Positions 10,164 to 21,522 of a stretch of 64,000 nucleotides of DNA are shown one piece after another. Below the pieces are notes generated by a model. That model searched no databases and was not told the DNA's origin. It saw nothing but the letters and a program-made list of their open reading frames with translations. Source of the DNA: Heteronotia binoei (taxonomy: Eukaryota). Where the stretch lies: contig NC_083237.1 of NCBI RefSeq assembly GCF_032191835.1, positions 11,532,001 through 11,596,000 of the forward strand, read 5' to 3'. Each line of letters starts with the position of its first letter. The first letter of the stretch is position 1. The position numbers and the translations under genes are program-made.

Positions 10164-13030
10164 CAGGGATGGGCATGAATCAGCTCATGAAGTAAAGTTT
10201 GTGACAAATTTTGTCTAGTTTGTTGTTCATGAACTGAAGTTCATGGCAGATCTACAGTCATGAATTTTCCATGAGCTTAAAAGATGTTCGTGGGGAGTTT
10301 GTAGTGGTTCATGAATGGCTAATTTTCCAGACAGACTGTATCTGCTCAAGCAAAGTGTTTACCAGGGCTTTTTTTTTTAGCAGGAACACACAGGACTGCA
10401 TCGGGCGGGGGGCGGGGGCTAATATGCAAATGAGTCCCTGCTGGGCTTTTTCTTTAAAAAAAACACCTGGTGTTTTTTTTCTCGCATTTATATCCTGCCC
10501 TCCCCGCCGAAGCAGGCTCAGGGCGGCTAACAACAATCAAACCCAAACCAATAAAACAGTAAGCAAACAATTAAAATTAGCAATCATCACCGATTAAACA
10601 ATTTAAAACAGTTTAAAACCAAATTTCCAAGCAAGAGGGGGTGCAGAATTCTCCAGCCTTGAAATCACCAATAAGGGTTTTCCAAAGTTTAGTAGGCACT
10701 GCTGACTTCCAATAATAGAGTTTCTATTCTACTCTATGGGATCAGAATGCTATATATATATCCACAGCTCAGCTCCACACCCTTTCCTTTGTTGGGTGCC
10801 GGCAGTTAGACAGAGAGGCAGGGAACTTCTCAAAAGCCTAGCACAGCTCCAAGTTGGCCATATAGGTGCAGAGCATGTTGGTGGTGTCCTGGTAGGGCTT
10901 CAGGACACGCACAGTTTGGGAGAGGGTCAATCACTGGATCTTATGTTGAGCTCCGCATTCTCAGACAGGATCATGGTGGAGGAAATGACATCCTATATGA
11001 TGCTGTTCTGCTCCACCAAATATGCAATCATGGTGTTCAAGTAGGTGGGTAAGTCTGGACGTGCTGGTGTTCTGTCTCATCTCCCTCCCCTTGCATCTCA
11101 TACAGCAGATGGGAAGATTTGATGCTGCACAAGAAGTGGGTGCCAGGAACCAACAGGACTTGAGCAAGGTCTAGTGGCCTTGAGAGTGCTCCGCAACCCT
11201 AAAGCATTCTTAATCACCAGGTAAAGCATGTGTACCAGGCAGACAATTTCCTGGAGGAGCACAGCCCTCATCACTGCCAATGTGTTGACTCTGGTGTCTG
11301 TGACCACGTAGCCTTGGACGATCTTACCACCATCCACCCACTCTCTCAGCCTACTCAGTATCATGGAAGCAATGTTTTGTGCCTTGTGGTCCGAATCCAT
11401 GGAGTAGAACCACTTTGTAGTCCGGTGGCAGGACTGCACCCTACTGGGGCCTGGGTCATGTCCGACCTGCAGAAAGAGGACCTCTGGTTGCCACCAGTGG
11501 GTGGCGAGTGAGAGGTAGCCATGGTGCTGGGTGCTCTAGAGGTCTGCTGTGAAGTGCATGGTTCTGCCTTCTGCTTTGGAGAGCCAAGCCTTGACCATTA
11601 GCACTGTGAAGTAGTGCATGGTGGGCAAGACTTATTGGCCCAATGGTCCACCACAAGGGGAGAGTGTACCAGGGAGCCAGGTGTTGCAAGCAGCTGGCAT
11701 CCTCCATGGGGAAGAGAGTTTGGCTAATGAGGTGAGTGACTGCTTCCTAGGCCTTCCTAGGCCTTCCCCATAGCCCTTTCTGTTGGTGTCCCTGGGGGAA
11801 TGACCTCTTGGATGGTGGCCTGACTTGATGCCCCACCCATAGCATCCCAAGTTCAAGGGGCCTTTCTTGGAGGGGCCGCTGCTTCCTCTCCACTTCTCCC
11901 TGCTGAGAGGGAGTGGGCCTCTTCTTCCTCCCACTGGCTTCCCCTTTTTCCTCCAGCGGCAACATAGTTGGGTGAACCCTGTGCATGTACCTGTGGAAGA
12001 TGGAGGAGGATGAGTGTTGGACTATGTGCCACACTGGACATGGGTGTAGCACACCTGACAATCTGCCACACAGGGAGTCACTGGGGAAAGTGGAGAAATT
12101 TTTCCAAATAATGGGCTAGAAATGGAGCCTCTGGTGTCTGGGCTATGCTAATAATGATTTTGCCTCTTTGGAGAGCCCAGGAACAGATATGGGGAAGGAG
12201 TCTCTGAGACCCTTGGTGATTCCCTGCTACGGCCAGGCTTCTTTGGGCTGGCAGATGTGTTTGGTACCCACAAGCATAGCCTATGGTAATATGGTATGCA
12301 GTCTCCTCTCCTGCCCACACCCCATCAGTGTCTAGAGTGACTAGGTGTTCTCCCACCTGGGAGACATTCTCACCTCCTTGCCTTTTGGGGTGCAGGCACA
12401 CATTCTGACTGAAAGATTTGGCATAGCCATCAAGGGCAAACTTCTGACTTAGGGGCTGAACAGGAAAGCATTCCGAGCATCTGAATCCATGGAGCAGAAC
12501 CACTTTGTAGCCCAGTGGCAGGACTTTACCCTCCTGGGTACCCTGTCTACATTTACTGCCACCTCCTTGCCCAGTGTGTGTCTGAAGGCAGGTGAGTGCC
12601 ACAGATCCCAAGTATCCTTCATCCAAGACCCCGCAGAGTTTTCTATGTTCCTCCAGGAGTACCATCACCCTCTCTGTCACTTGAAACAAAACTTAAAAGA
12701 TTTCTATAGTCCAAGCAAAAACTAGAAGGTGTTCTCCTGGAGCCCTAGGCAGGTTCCTTGTACTGTGTGATGCTGAAGGAGAATTCTGGGGGCACCTTCT
12801 TTGGGGGGGGGGGGAATGTAACTAGAACCCTGTAGATCCAATCTTCCCCAAAGTTGGAAGGCTGGTAGAAGAGAGTCAGATGGAGATGTCCTGCTAGTTT
12901 GGTTACTCTTGCACATCAGGGATCCATTCTAATGCACCAGAAACCTCACAATCTGACCAGTTCATTTGGCATCTAATGACGGTTCATTGTCCTTGAATCG
13001 GGCATGCCATGAACAACTGATATGAACCAG
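10164..13030 (-). mobile_element. Degenerate hAT (Ac/ZBED-type) transposase-bearing element with nested MITE and L2-like pieces
   Basis: Minus-strand fragments: catalytic-region motifs DSDHKAQNIA..L.EW..VVTD..N..A..CLVHMLYLVIKNAL (11098-11439) and a BED-finger-like C..C..HRYMHRVHP (~11970-12060). Terminal cagggatgggcatgaa at 10164. The right boundary is uncertain. Confidence 0.65.
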
Positions 13031-13820
13031 AGTTGCTGATTACTTGGTGTATGGGTTCTTATTTTGTAAGAGTTTCTACGTATAGCTTCTCCTTTCTCCT
13101 GAACCCAAGTGAGACCTGAATGCAGAACTCCAAAGGACTACTAGAAGGTCCAGGTTAGTCCAGTCTCATCCAGTCTTTGTAACTAAGTGGTGTCAACCCT
13201 TGTTAACACTTGTGTGGGAGACCTCAAAGCACATCCAGGATTACTATGGAGATACTGGCAATGGAATCCCACAAGTGAATGACTCTTGCTTTGAAAAACC
13301 TGCGGGGTTGCCATAAGTTGGCTGCAAATTGACAGCACTTCACACATACACAGGATTGTTCATTATAGTGAGATTTTTATGATCTTAGGTGTAAGGGTCT
13401 TTCAGGTAGCACTTCTTAGGACTGGCCTACAGAACTCCCATATGGCTTTATAAGAACATAGGCGTATGACATTGCTAGCTGTACTTCATGTATCGTGTCC
13501 TGTATGCTATGTATATCATCTTGAGTTGCTGGGAGAAAGTTGCTATATAAATGACATCTAAATAAATGGAATGCAACAGTGTTCTACTCAGCAAGTGTGT
13601 TTGCTTTCCTCCCCCCTTTTAATTGCAGTTGGTTTGAACGGAGCAAATATTTCCACCTTCCAATTCCTCACCTTCTTACCAAAGCCTTTGGGGAATGATT
13701 CGGTGGCCACTTTCTCACCAGCAGCAGAAACCTCCTTTCCCACTTTTCCATCCCTGAAACTGGCTGCTTCCAAAGCTCCTCCCAGCCTAATCCCCTTATG
13801 GAAAGGCCTCTTCCCCTATC

Positions 13821-13956
13821 CAGGGGTGGCCAACGGTAGCTCACCAGATGTTTTTTGCCTACAACGTTCATCAGCCCCAGCCATTAGCCATGCTGGCTGG
13901 GGCTGATGGGAGTTGTAGGCAAAAAACATCTGGAGAGCTACCGTTGGCCACCTCTG
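13821..13956. mobile_element. Short palindromic hAT MITE (CAGGGGTGGCCAA family)
   Basis: Self-complementary; same family as 21100-21235. Confidence 0.8.
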
Positions 13957-14735
13957 CCTATGCAATATAATGAACAGGAAACTAAGTGTTGAGCGTTAGC
14001 TGAGGAGCTGCTAGGACTCCTGGACCACTGCTTCACTGAGGCAGCAAAGTTTACCTCCATGTTGCTAGAAAATGTGCGGTCATTTTTGGTGTCAGCTGCT
14101 AGATACCAATTTGCTCATCGAAAATTTTCAGCCATATCAAGGTACAGTAAGCCAAGGGCATTTTATTTCTTTGTCATTTCATCACTCTGGATGGGACTGT
14201 AAGACCTACCGGCACACTGTGATATTGTACTCTTCTAATTTATTTACAACATTTTTCAGTGTCCTTTCTCCACACTGAGGTCTGCCAGGGGCCGTGAGCT
14301 GTCTTCTCAAGGAAGATTCCATAGTGTTTTATGATAGAAGAGAGGGCATGAGGAGGATTAAGTGAGAAAGACACAAATGGGAAGATAGACAATACTTCTG
14401 TGACCATGCTGAGGCTGACATGAAAATATATTTGGCAAAAACTGTTGGGGCAAAGTCTAGTTGCCATTCAGACTAATAAATGGAAAGAGTTCCTTCAAGA
14501 ATGTGGCCCTCAAGCCAGGAAAGGTTGTAAAGGTAAGCACCAGCACCTTAAAAATGAACTTAGAAGTACAGTGGGAGCTAATGAAAGTGTTTCAGAAGAG
14601 GTAGTATGTGTTCAAATTAGGTAGATCCTGTTAGAAGTCCAGGCCATCTTTAAGACAGCAGAAGGATTAATCTTACAAGTAATAAAAGAACTCACTTTGT
14701 GTGTGTGTACATTTGCCAAATGGCATGCATTACAG

Positions 14736-15208
14736 CAGGGGTCCCCAACCCCCGGTACTGTTTCGTGGCCTGTTAGCAACCGGACCATGAGTTGTATAAT
14801 TATTTCATTACATGTTACAATGTAGTAGTAGTAATGGAAGTAATAATAAATTGGATTTATATCCTGCCCTCCACGCCGAATCTCAGAATCTCAGAGCAGC
14901 TCACAATCTCCTTTACCTCCCCCCCCCCCACCCCCACAACAGACATCTTGTGAGGTGGGTGAAGCTGAGAAAGCACTCCCAGAAGCTGCCCTTTCAAAGA
15001 CAGCTCGGCAAGAGCTATGGCTGACCCAAGGCCATTCCAGCAGCTGCAAGTGGAGGAGGGTGGAATCAAACCGGGTTCTCCCAGATAAGAGTCTGCACAC
15101 TTAACCACCACACCAAATTAATAGAAATAAAGTGAACAATTGTTTCATCTAGAAACCATCGTCTTCCACAAAACTGGTCCCTGGTGCCAAAAAGGTTGGG
15201 GACCACTA
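14736..15208 (+). mobile_element. hAT-Charlie non-autonomous element (MER1/Charlie3/OC1-like) with a nested Squam3 SINE (~14841-15118, minus strand)
   Basis: Ends caggggtccccaacc / ggttggggaccacta with a perfect 8-bp TSD cattacag (14728-14735 and 15209-15216). Confidence 0.85.
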
Positions 15209-15534
15209 CATTACAGCATCCTGACCTGGCGGATCCAGCTAGCCCATATCATGAGATCTTGGAAGCTATGATTGACCTCTATCTCTTTCCCCACACTGAA
15301 GTGAAATTTCCCACTAAAATTCTTTGATTTCCTGCTGTGACTGAGCAGTCCTTCATAGAATGTAAATAATAGATATTGTAGAGATAATTTCTGTCCCACT
15401 CTGCCCCACAGAATATCACTTAGCTTTTAGTCCAGCCCCAGAAACTTGTGGGAAAACTGGAGCCCTTTTTTATTTCCCTTTTGAAATGACAGTTTAACAG
15501 TAAAGCAAAAGAACAGTAAAGCAAAAGGTCATGG

Positions 15535-16218
15535 TAGATAACTCACTGAAAATGTCAAGACAGTGCGATTGCAATAAAAAAGGCCAACGCCATGCTGGGA
15601 TTTATTAGGAAGGGAACTGAAAACAAATCAGCCAGTATCATAATGCCCCTGTATAAATCAATGGTGTGGTCTCATTTGGAGTACTGTGTGCAATTCTGGT
15701 CACCACACCTCAAAAAGGATATTATAGCATTGGAAAAAGTGCAGAAAAGGGCAACTAGAATGATTAAAGGTTTGGAACACTTTCCCTATGAAGAAAGGTT
15801 AAAACGCTTGGGGCTCTTTAGCTTGGAGAAATGTCGACTGTCGGGTGACATGATAGAGGTTTACAAGATTATGCATGGGATGGAGAAAGTAGAGAAATAA
15901 GTCCTTTTCTCCCTTTCTCACAATACAAGAACTCGTGGGCATTCAATTAAATTCCTGAACAGTCAAGTTAGAACGGATAAAAGGTAGTACTTCTTCATCC
16001 AAAGGGTGATTAACATGTGGAATTCAGTGCCACAGGAGGTGGTGGTGGCTGCAAGCATAGCCAGCTTCAAGAGGGGATTGGATAAAAATATGGAGCAGAG
16101 ATCCATCAGTGGCTATTAGCCACTGTGTGTGTGTATACACACTGGCCACTGTGTGACACAGAGTGTTGGACTGGATGGGCCATTGGCCTGATCCAACATG
16201 GCTTCTCTTATGTTCTTA
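15535..16218 (+). mobile_element. CR1 LINE, 5'-truncated
   Basis: ORF 15592-15900 is the CR1 ORF2 C-terminus; canonical 3' end present. Confidence 0.95.
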
Positions 16219-17104
16219 ACAAGCTTATTCAACAGGTAGGAAATTGAATAGGTGAGTCAGGGATTGGGATTGATGAGGTAAAAATTGTGAATAATACAGA
16301 ATTCACTTCTTTGAGCAGGCAGAATTATGTTATTAAAACTTATTTTCAGGTATTCTTAGTTGTATGAGGTGTTTTACTTAGTATTCAAATTATAGCAACA
16401 ATGTTTATTCAGAGAGTTTCCTGTGGCAGTTCAAGTTTCCTGGAGCTGATCACTGACTTTGTGAACCTAACTCACCCCTTGGTTAAATTACAGTTTATTT
16501 CTATTTCCCAAGTTGTTTAAAACCATTCCCCCTTACAACGGAGTCCTGATGACTGACCCCTGACATTTCTCCATTCCCAGGCAGATTTTTCCTCCAAAAT
16601 ATTTTTTGTTCCCCTCAGTGACTGAGCTGCCCTTCAGTACCAATGCAATTCTTTAACTGTCCCTTTTCTTTAACTGTCATAAACTTTAACTGTCCCAGCC
16701 CGTCACAGATATTAGTTTAGGCTTATGACCCAACACAGGAACTAGGAGGAATACAGGAGCTGTCTTGTTTTAAAATACCCCCATGAAATGGCATGTGAGG
16801 CAAAATTAACTTTCTCAAGAAAATAAAGATTTTAATAAACGGAGGGAATATATGAATATGAGGATTCAAGGGATAGAGGTTGCTGAGGTAAAACTTTCTA
16901 AACTATACAGAACTGCTGTTTTTGAACGTACAAGCGAGGTTTTTGCTTATATATTTCAGCTGTTACAAAGAACCTCAAATACAGTTTCCTAGAGAATGGC
17001 TTTGTCTTAGTGCTTCTAGGTTTCTCCTTTAGAAGATCTAGGTTTTCCCTTCAGATATTATAGCTTTCAAGTAACTATTGAGGTGTCTGAGCTTTCCCCC
17101 TTTA

Positions 17105-17790
17105 TCAACAACAACAACAAGCCTTTATTGGCATAAAACGGATTTAGCAGTACAAATAACAATGTAAGTAATATAAAATCCTGGAAAATAGAGTACGCAG
17201 GGGAGCTAATGTACATAAAATGAGTAAAACGTATGTAATTTCAAGTTTAACAAAATTAAATGAATAAAACAAATAAGATATGGTCATTCCAGAGCCAGTC
17301 TCTGTCGGATTTCCATGGCTTGTTGAAGAAATTCGGCAACCATTAAAGTTAACTCAGAGCAGGTGTCATTTAAAAGTCTGTAGACTTTGCCTGAATCAGC
17401 ACAGCTCAACATATCTGCTAAAATATCTTTCAAATATATACGACGAATATCATCATAAAGGGGACAATTCAATAATACATGGGAGATAGTTTCGATGCAT
17501 TTGGGAATTACAAAGACAATGTCTGGCAGAGTAAGCAATCCTGTTAAATATGCCAAATAAAATAGCAGATGGTAATGCATTGCATCTCGTTAACGAGAAA
17601 GCACACCGTTGTTGTGGTGCTTGCAGAGAGGAGAAATATGACGCTAATTTCCCTACAGAAAGAGGAAGTTCAAAATTCAGCGGGGAGCAAGTTTTGTTGG
17701 CCAGGCTATATAATGTTTGCATTTCAATATCCAAGATTCTAAGCTTAAGTTTCAAGAATGCATCTTTTAGGGATGGAGATCATGCTGGTT
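17105..17790 (-). mobile_element. Non-LTR retrotransposon 3' end (RTE-X/Vingi-like), degenerate
   Basis: Minus-strand fragments FSLTRCNALPSAIL..F.RI.YSARHCLC and ETISHVLLNCPLYDDIR (C-terminal Cys/His domain); ends aataaaggct(tgt)n. Confidence 0.6.
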
Positions 17791-18353
17791 ATATACTAAA
17801 TAAGCTTTTGGCACAGACCAGGGTTCTGTTTCCAACCCCTTCCTACTGGCTAGAAATTATCCTTCGTGTCCCTGAGAAGCAATAATTTTCCTATTTGGCT
17901 TGTCTGGGCATTCTCTCTAACTCCTTGAACCTCCTGCCAAATTCTTCTTCCAGTGCTATATGTCTGTATAAAGCAGTGTTGTGGCTTTCTTGACTAAGAA
18001 TCTGAATTATCCCTCAGGGCAGTTTTAATATATTTTAGAGTCCTTCTTCTTATCTCTATAGGAGTACATTTTTGACAATTCCCTGACAGGAATCACTGAC
18101 TCCCAAAGCCTCTTCCCTCAGAAGCCAAATCCCCTCCAGCTACTGATCCAGAGGTTAGATTTCAGACCAAGACCAAAAGGGACTCCAAAAGTAAATGAAA
18201 AATTTCCCTCCTGATCAGCTGTTTTATTTCCCTTCTAAACTGATGCTGGCCAATCAAAGAGCAAGTAGAGCAGCCAATCACATAAGCTATGAAGATTAAA
18301 TCTTGAACTTCCTGACTCTCTGTCCCAAGCAGCATTTTAAAACCTTTGTCTTG

Positions 18354-18610
18354 CATAAGAACATAAGAGAAGCCATGTTGAATCAGGCCAGTGGCCCATC
18401 CAGTACAACACTCCGTCACACAGTGGCCAAAAAACCCCAGGTGCCATCAAGAGGTCCACTCATGGGGCCAGGTTACTAGAAGCCCTCCCACTGCTGCCCC
18501 CCAAGCACCAAGAATAAAGAGCATTATGTGTCCCAGACAGAGAGTTTCATCTATACCTTGTGGCTATTAGCCACTGTTGGACCTCTGCTCCACATGTTTA
18601 TCCAAATAAT
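18354..18610 (-). mobile_element. CR1 3' fragment
   Basis: cataagaacataagagaagccatgttg... is the reverse complement of the CR1 3' end. Confidence 0.9.
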
Positions 18611-18718
18611 AATTTCTCCACTTATTCAGATAATGGCTTTTTCTCCTTGTCTTTTTCTCAGCAGCATACATGGCTCTTGCATGACAAGCTGTTTTCAGAA
18701 GATAGCAGATCAACTGCT

Positions 18719-19657
18719 ATGGAAAATCAAACCACTGTAAGCTATTTCCTGCTACTGGCATTTCCTGATATCCTCTGGATAGAAATTCTCCTCTTCTTTT
18801 TGCTGCTAATGCTCTATCTCTTGACTCTATCAGGAAACATTACCATCATTCTTATAACTATATTGAATGACAGCCTGCACACGCCAATGTATTTCTTTCT
18901 GAGGAACTTCTCCATTGTGGAAATTGGCTTTATTTCCATCACTGTTCCCAACATGCTCCTCCAATTCCTTTCTGGGTGGAGGGCAATCTCATCAGTAGCT
19001 TGTTTCACCCAGCTGTTCTTTGTTTATTTTCTTGGCATCACAGAATTTTGCCTGTTGGCCGTGATGGCCATTGATCGCCATGTTGCCATTTGCCATCCAT
19101 TCCAATATCCCATGGTCATGAATGACCGACTTTGTCATCTGTTGGTAGTCACCTGCTGGCTGTTTAGCTTCCTGTGTTCCTTAACACCCATCCTTTTCTT
19201 AACCCACCTTCCTTTTTGTGGACCCAACACCATTGACCATTTTATGTGTGACAGTGCACCACTGATTCACTTGGCCTGTTCTGATACACACTTCATAGAA
19301 TCGTTCTATCTTATTATCGCGATTGTTGTATTGTTGGGCACCTTGCTGATCATAGTGGTTTCGTACATCAAAATTATCTCTACAGTGCTGCAGCTTCCAT
19401 CTGCTAAGGCCCGAAATCGGACTTTTTCCACTTGCTCCTCGCATTTTCTCATTGTCACCTTGCTGTATGGCAGCTGTATCTTTGTGTATATCCAACCACA
19501 GCAAGAAAGATACCTTGAGTTTCAGAAAGAGGTGTCCATTCTCAACATGGTGGTGATCCCTTTGTTGAACCCCTGCATATACAGTTTCAGGAACAAGAAA
19601 ATGCAGGAGGCCCTGAGAGTCACTGGTGGTAGATGGTTAAGTCAATGGAGAAGCTAA
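18719..19657 (+). CDS. Olfactory receptor, class II/gamma, intact (312 aa; start MENQT)
   Basis: Motifs [41 protein letters not shown] and PLLNPCIYSFRN. The upstream ATG at 18560 lies in a CR1 remnant, so the real start is most likely 18719, just after acceptor-like ttttcag. Confidence 0.93.
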   Translation: MENQTTVSYFLLLAFPDILWIEILLFFLLLMLYLLTLSGNITIILITILNDSLHTPMYFFLRNFSIVEIGFISITVPNMLLQFLSGWRAISSVACFTQLFFVYFLGITEFCLLAVMAIDRHVAICHPFQYPMVMNDRLCHLLVVTCWLFSFLCSLTPILFLTHLPFCGPNTIDHFMCDSAPLIHLACSDTHFIESFYLIIAIVVLLGTLLIIVVSYIKIISTVLQLPSAKARNRTFSTCSSHFLIVTLLYGSCIFVYIQPQQERYLEFQKEVSILNMVVIPLLNPCIYSFRNKKMQEALRVTGGRWLSQWRS

Positions 19658-19675
19658 AGGTGGCCCTCCCACTGT

Positions 19676-19859
19676 CAGGGGGGGGGGGTTGTAGCAGGAA
19701 CTCCTTTGCATATTAGGCCACACACCGCTGATGTAGCCAATCCTCCAAGAGCTGACAGAGCTGTTACTACAGGGCCTACTGTAAACTCCAGGAGGATTGG
19801 CTACATCAGGGGTGTGTGGCCTAATATGCAAAGGAGTTCCTGCTACAAAGAAAACCCTG
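19676..19859. mobile_element. Palindromic hAT MITE (CAGGG...tagcaggaactcctttgcatat family) ~20 bp after the OR stop codon
   Basis: Self-complementary with a 7/8 TSD (cccactgt / accactgt). Other family copies lie at ~28050-28230, ~37209-37390, ~51030-51208 and 57980-58151. Confidence 0.8.
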
Positions 19860-21099
19860 ACCACTGTGAATATTGAGAATATAGAAAGAGCTCTAGTTTC
19901 TGGACCTGGAGCCTCCAGGAACGAGTCTCAGAATTCCTCAGCAAGCTGAGACTGTGTTTGTTTAAGTAAGTCACTTCTGGGGCACAGAATGCACTAGGGA
20001 TATGTAGTTTGCTCTTGTAGTTGACAGATTTATGGACCCTCGGATATATAAAAATATAAGAAAACAATAAAATTGATTCATTATCAAGTTTTTATCTGCT
20101 GTCGCATACACAAGCAGATGATGTGTTTTGTTAGCGGGGGGGGGGGGAGGAAATCTACTCTACATCTCCATCCAGAGGATGCAGAATATATACTTTTTTT
20201 ATAAATGAGAAGGTGGAACCTGCAAGGACTTGTGAGGGGCATCTCATTTCCACCTCCCACAGTATTTCCTCTTTCCCTTTTTTGAAAGCCTCCATAACCT
20301 CACTCTTTTCCTGCTTCCTTCTCACATTTTAGGGCCGCCAACCTAAAAGTGGATACTGGAGACCTCCTGAAATCATAACCGATCTTCCAGCTACAGAATT
20401 CAATTCTTAGCTCCAGCTTTGGGAATTCCTGGAGTTGGGAGGTGGGGGTGAACAGCAGTGGCATTAGGATGCTGGCCCAAGGCCAGTGCTCCAGGCAAGG
20501 CGCCACCACTGCCCCAAAACCCCGCCACCACTGCCCCAAAACCCTGGCACCCAATGCCCCAGTGAGGGCGAGTACAGCGGCAGCGAGGCCTCTGGTCTCA
20601 GTGCGCATGCCGTCACTACCCACCATTGCATCTGGCAGAGCAAGAGGCAGAGTGACAGTGGGTGGCGGTGGCACACACACTGAGACTGGGAGCCGTGCTG
20701 CTTTTTCCAAACAGACTATTTCCATCCACTTAGGAGCAAGAGTGGGTGGGAGAAGGTGCCCCAGGCAGCCACCAATGGCTGCCCAATGGACATGCCAGGC
20801 CTGTTTCTGTCATATTCAGCTATATGTGTTGTTTATTTACTTCATTTATACCACACCTTTCTCCAGTTGGGGAAGTCATCTCAAGGTTCTGACTAGGGGA
20901 TCGGTCATAAATTTACACAGAGGAAGTCTGTAGAACTCAAAAGGAAAACAAAAACGTTTGTTTACGATGGCAAAGAAAGCCCGCAGACTGAAGTAGTTCC
21001 CATTATTCTTGACTCCTTTTCATTTGTATAACAACTCTGTGAGATAGGTTAGGCTTAAAGTGTGTGAGTGGTCCGTTAGCTCCCCATGGGCCTCTACAG

Positions 21100-21235
21100 C
21101 AGGGGTGGCCAATGGTAGTTCTCCAGATGTTTTTTGCCTACAACTCCCATCAGCCCCAGCCAGCATGGCTGATGGCTGGGGCTGATGGGAGTTGTAGGCA
21201 AAAAACATCTGGAGAGCTGCCATTGGCCACCCCTG
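21100..21235. mobile_element. Palindromic hAT MITE
   Basis: TIR caggggtggccaa with a perfect 8-bp TSD ctctacag. Confidence 0.9.
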
Positions 21236-21439
21236 CTCTACAGCAAGATGGGTATTCAAACCTGGATTTCACAGACCTTACAATGAAGCTCTAGCTGCGA
21301 TACCACACTGGCTTTCATAGAGTGGCTGCTGTTAAACAGTAACGAACAGGCAGGTACCATTGCCAATTTCCAGGTCCAGAAGGAGGCTCCTCCAGGTTTC
21401 AGGGGTTCTGTCAGCCACCGACCAGCTGGCCAGCAGGGA

Positions 21440-21522
21440 ATACCCCACCGGTCTTGGCGTGACTTTGTTCATGGGGTCGCAAAGAGTCAGACTCGACTGT
21501 GCGACTGAACAACAAGGAAGCA
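21440..21522 (+). mobile_element. Bov-B/RTE 3' fragment; an inverted partner lies at ~22915-23070, with paralogues at ~45060-45150, ~30275-30430 and ~46548-46705
   Basis: catggggtcgcaaagagtcagactcgactgtgcgactgaacaacaa is the Bov-B-type 3' terminus. Confidence 0.8.

Noticed and set aside
16255-16960. Weak similarity between ~16255-16330 and ~16865-16940
   Set aside because: Too short and too diverged to call by eye; it could be chance or an old repeat relic.
18560-18718. 53-aa N-terminal extension of the second OR
   Set aside because: The upstream ATG lies in a CR1 remnant. The typical OR start MENQT with a glycosylation sequon follows an acceptor-like site at 18719.
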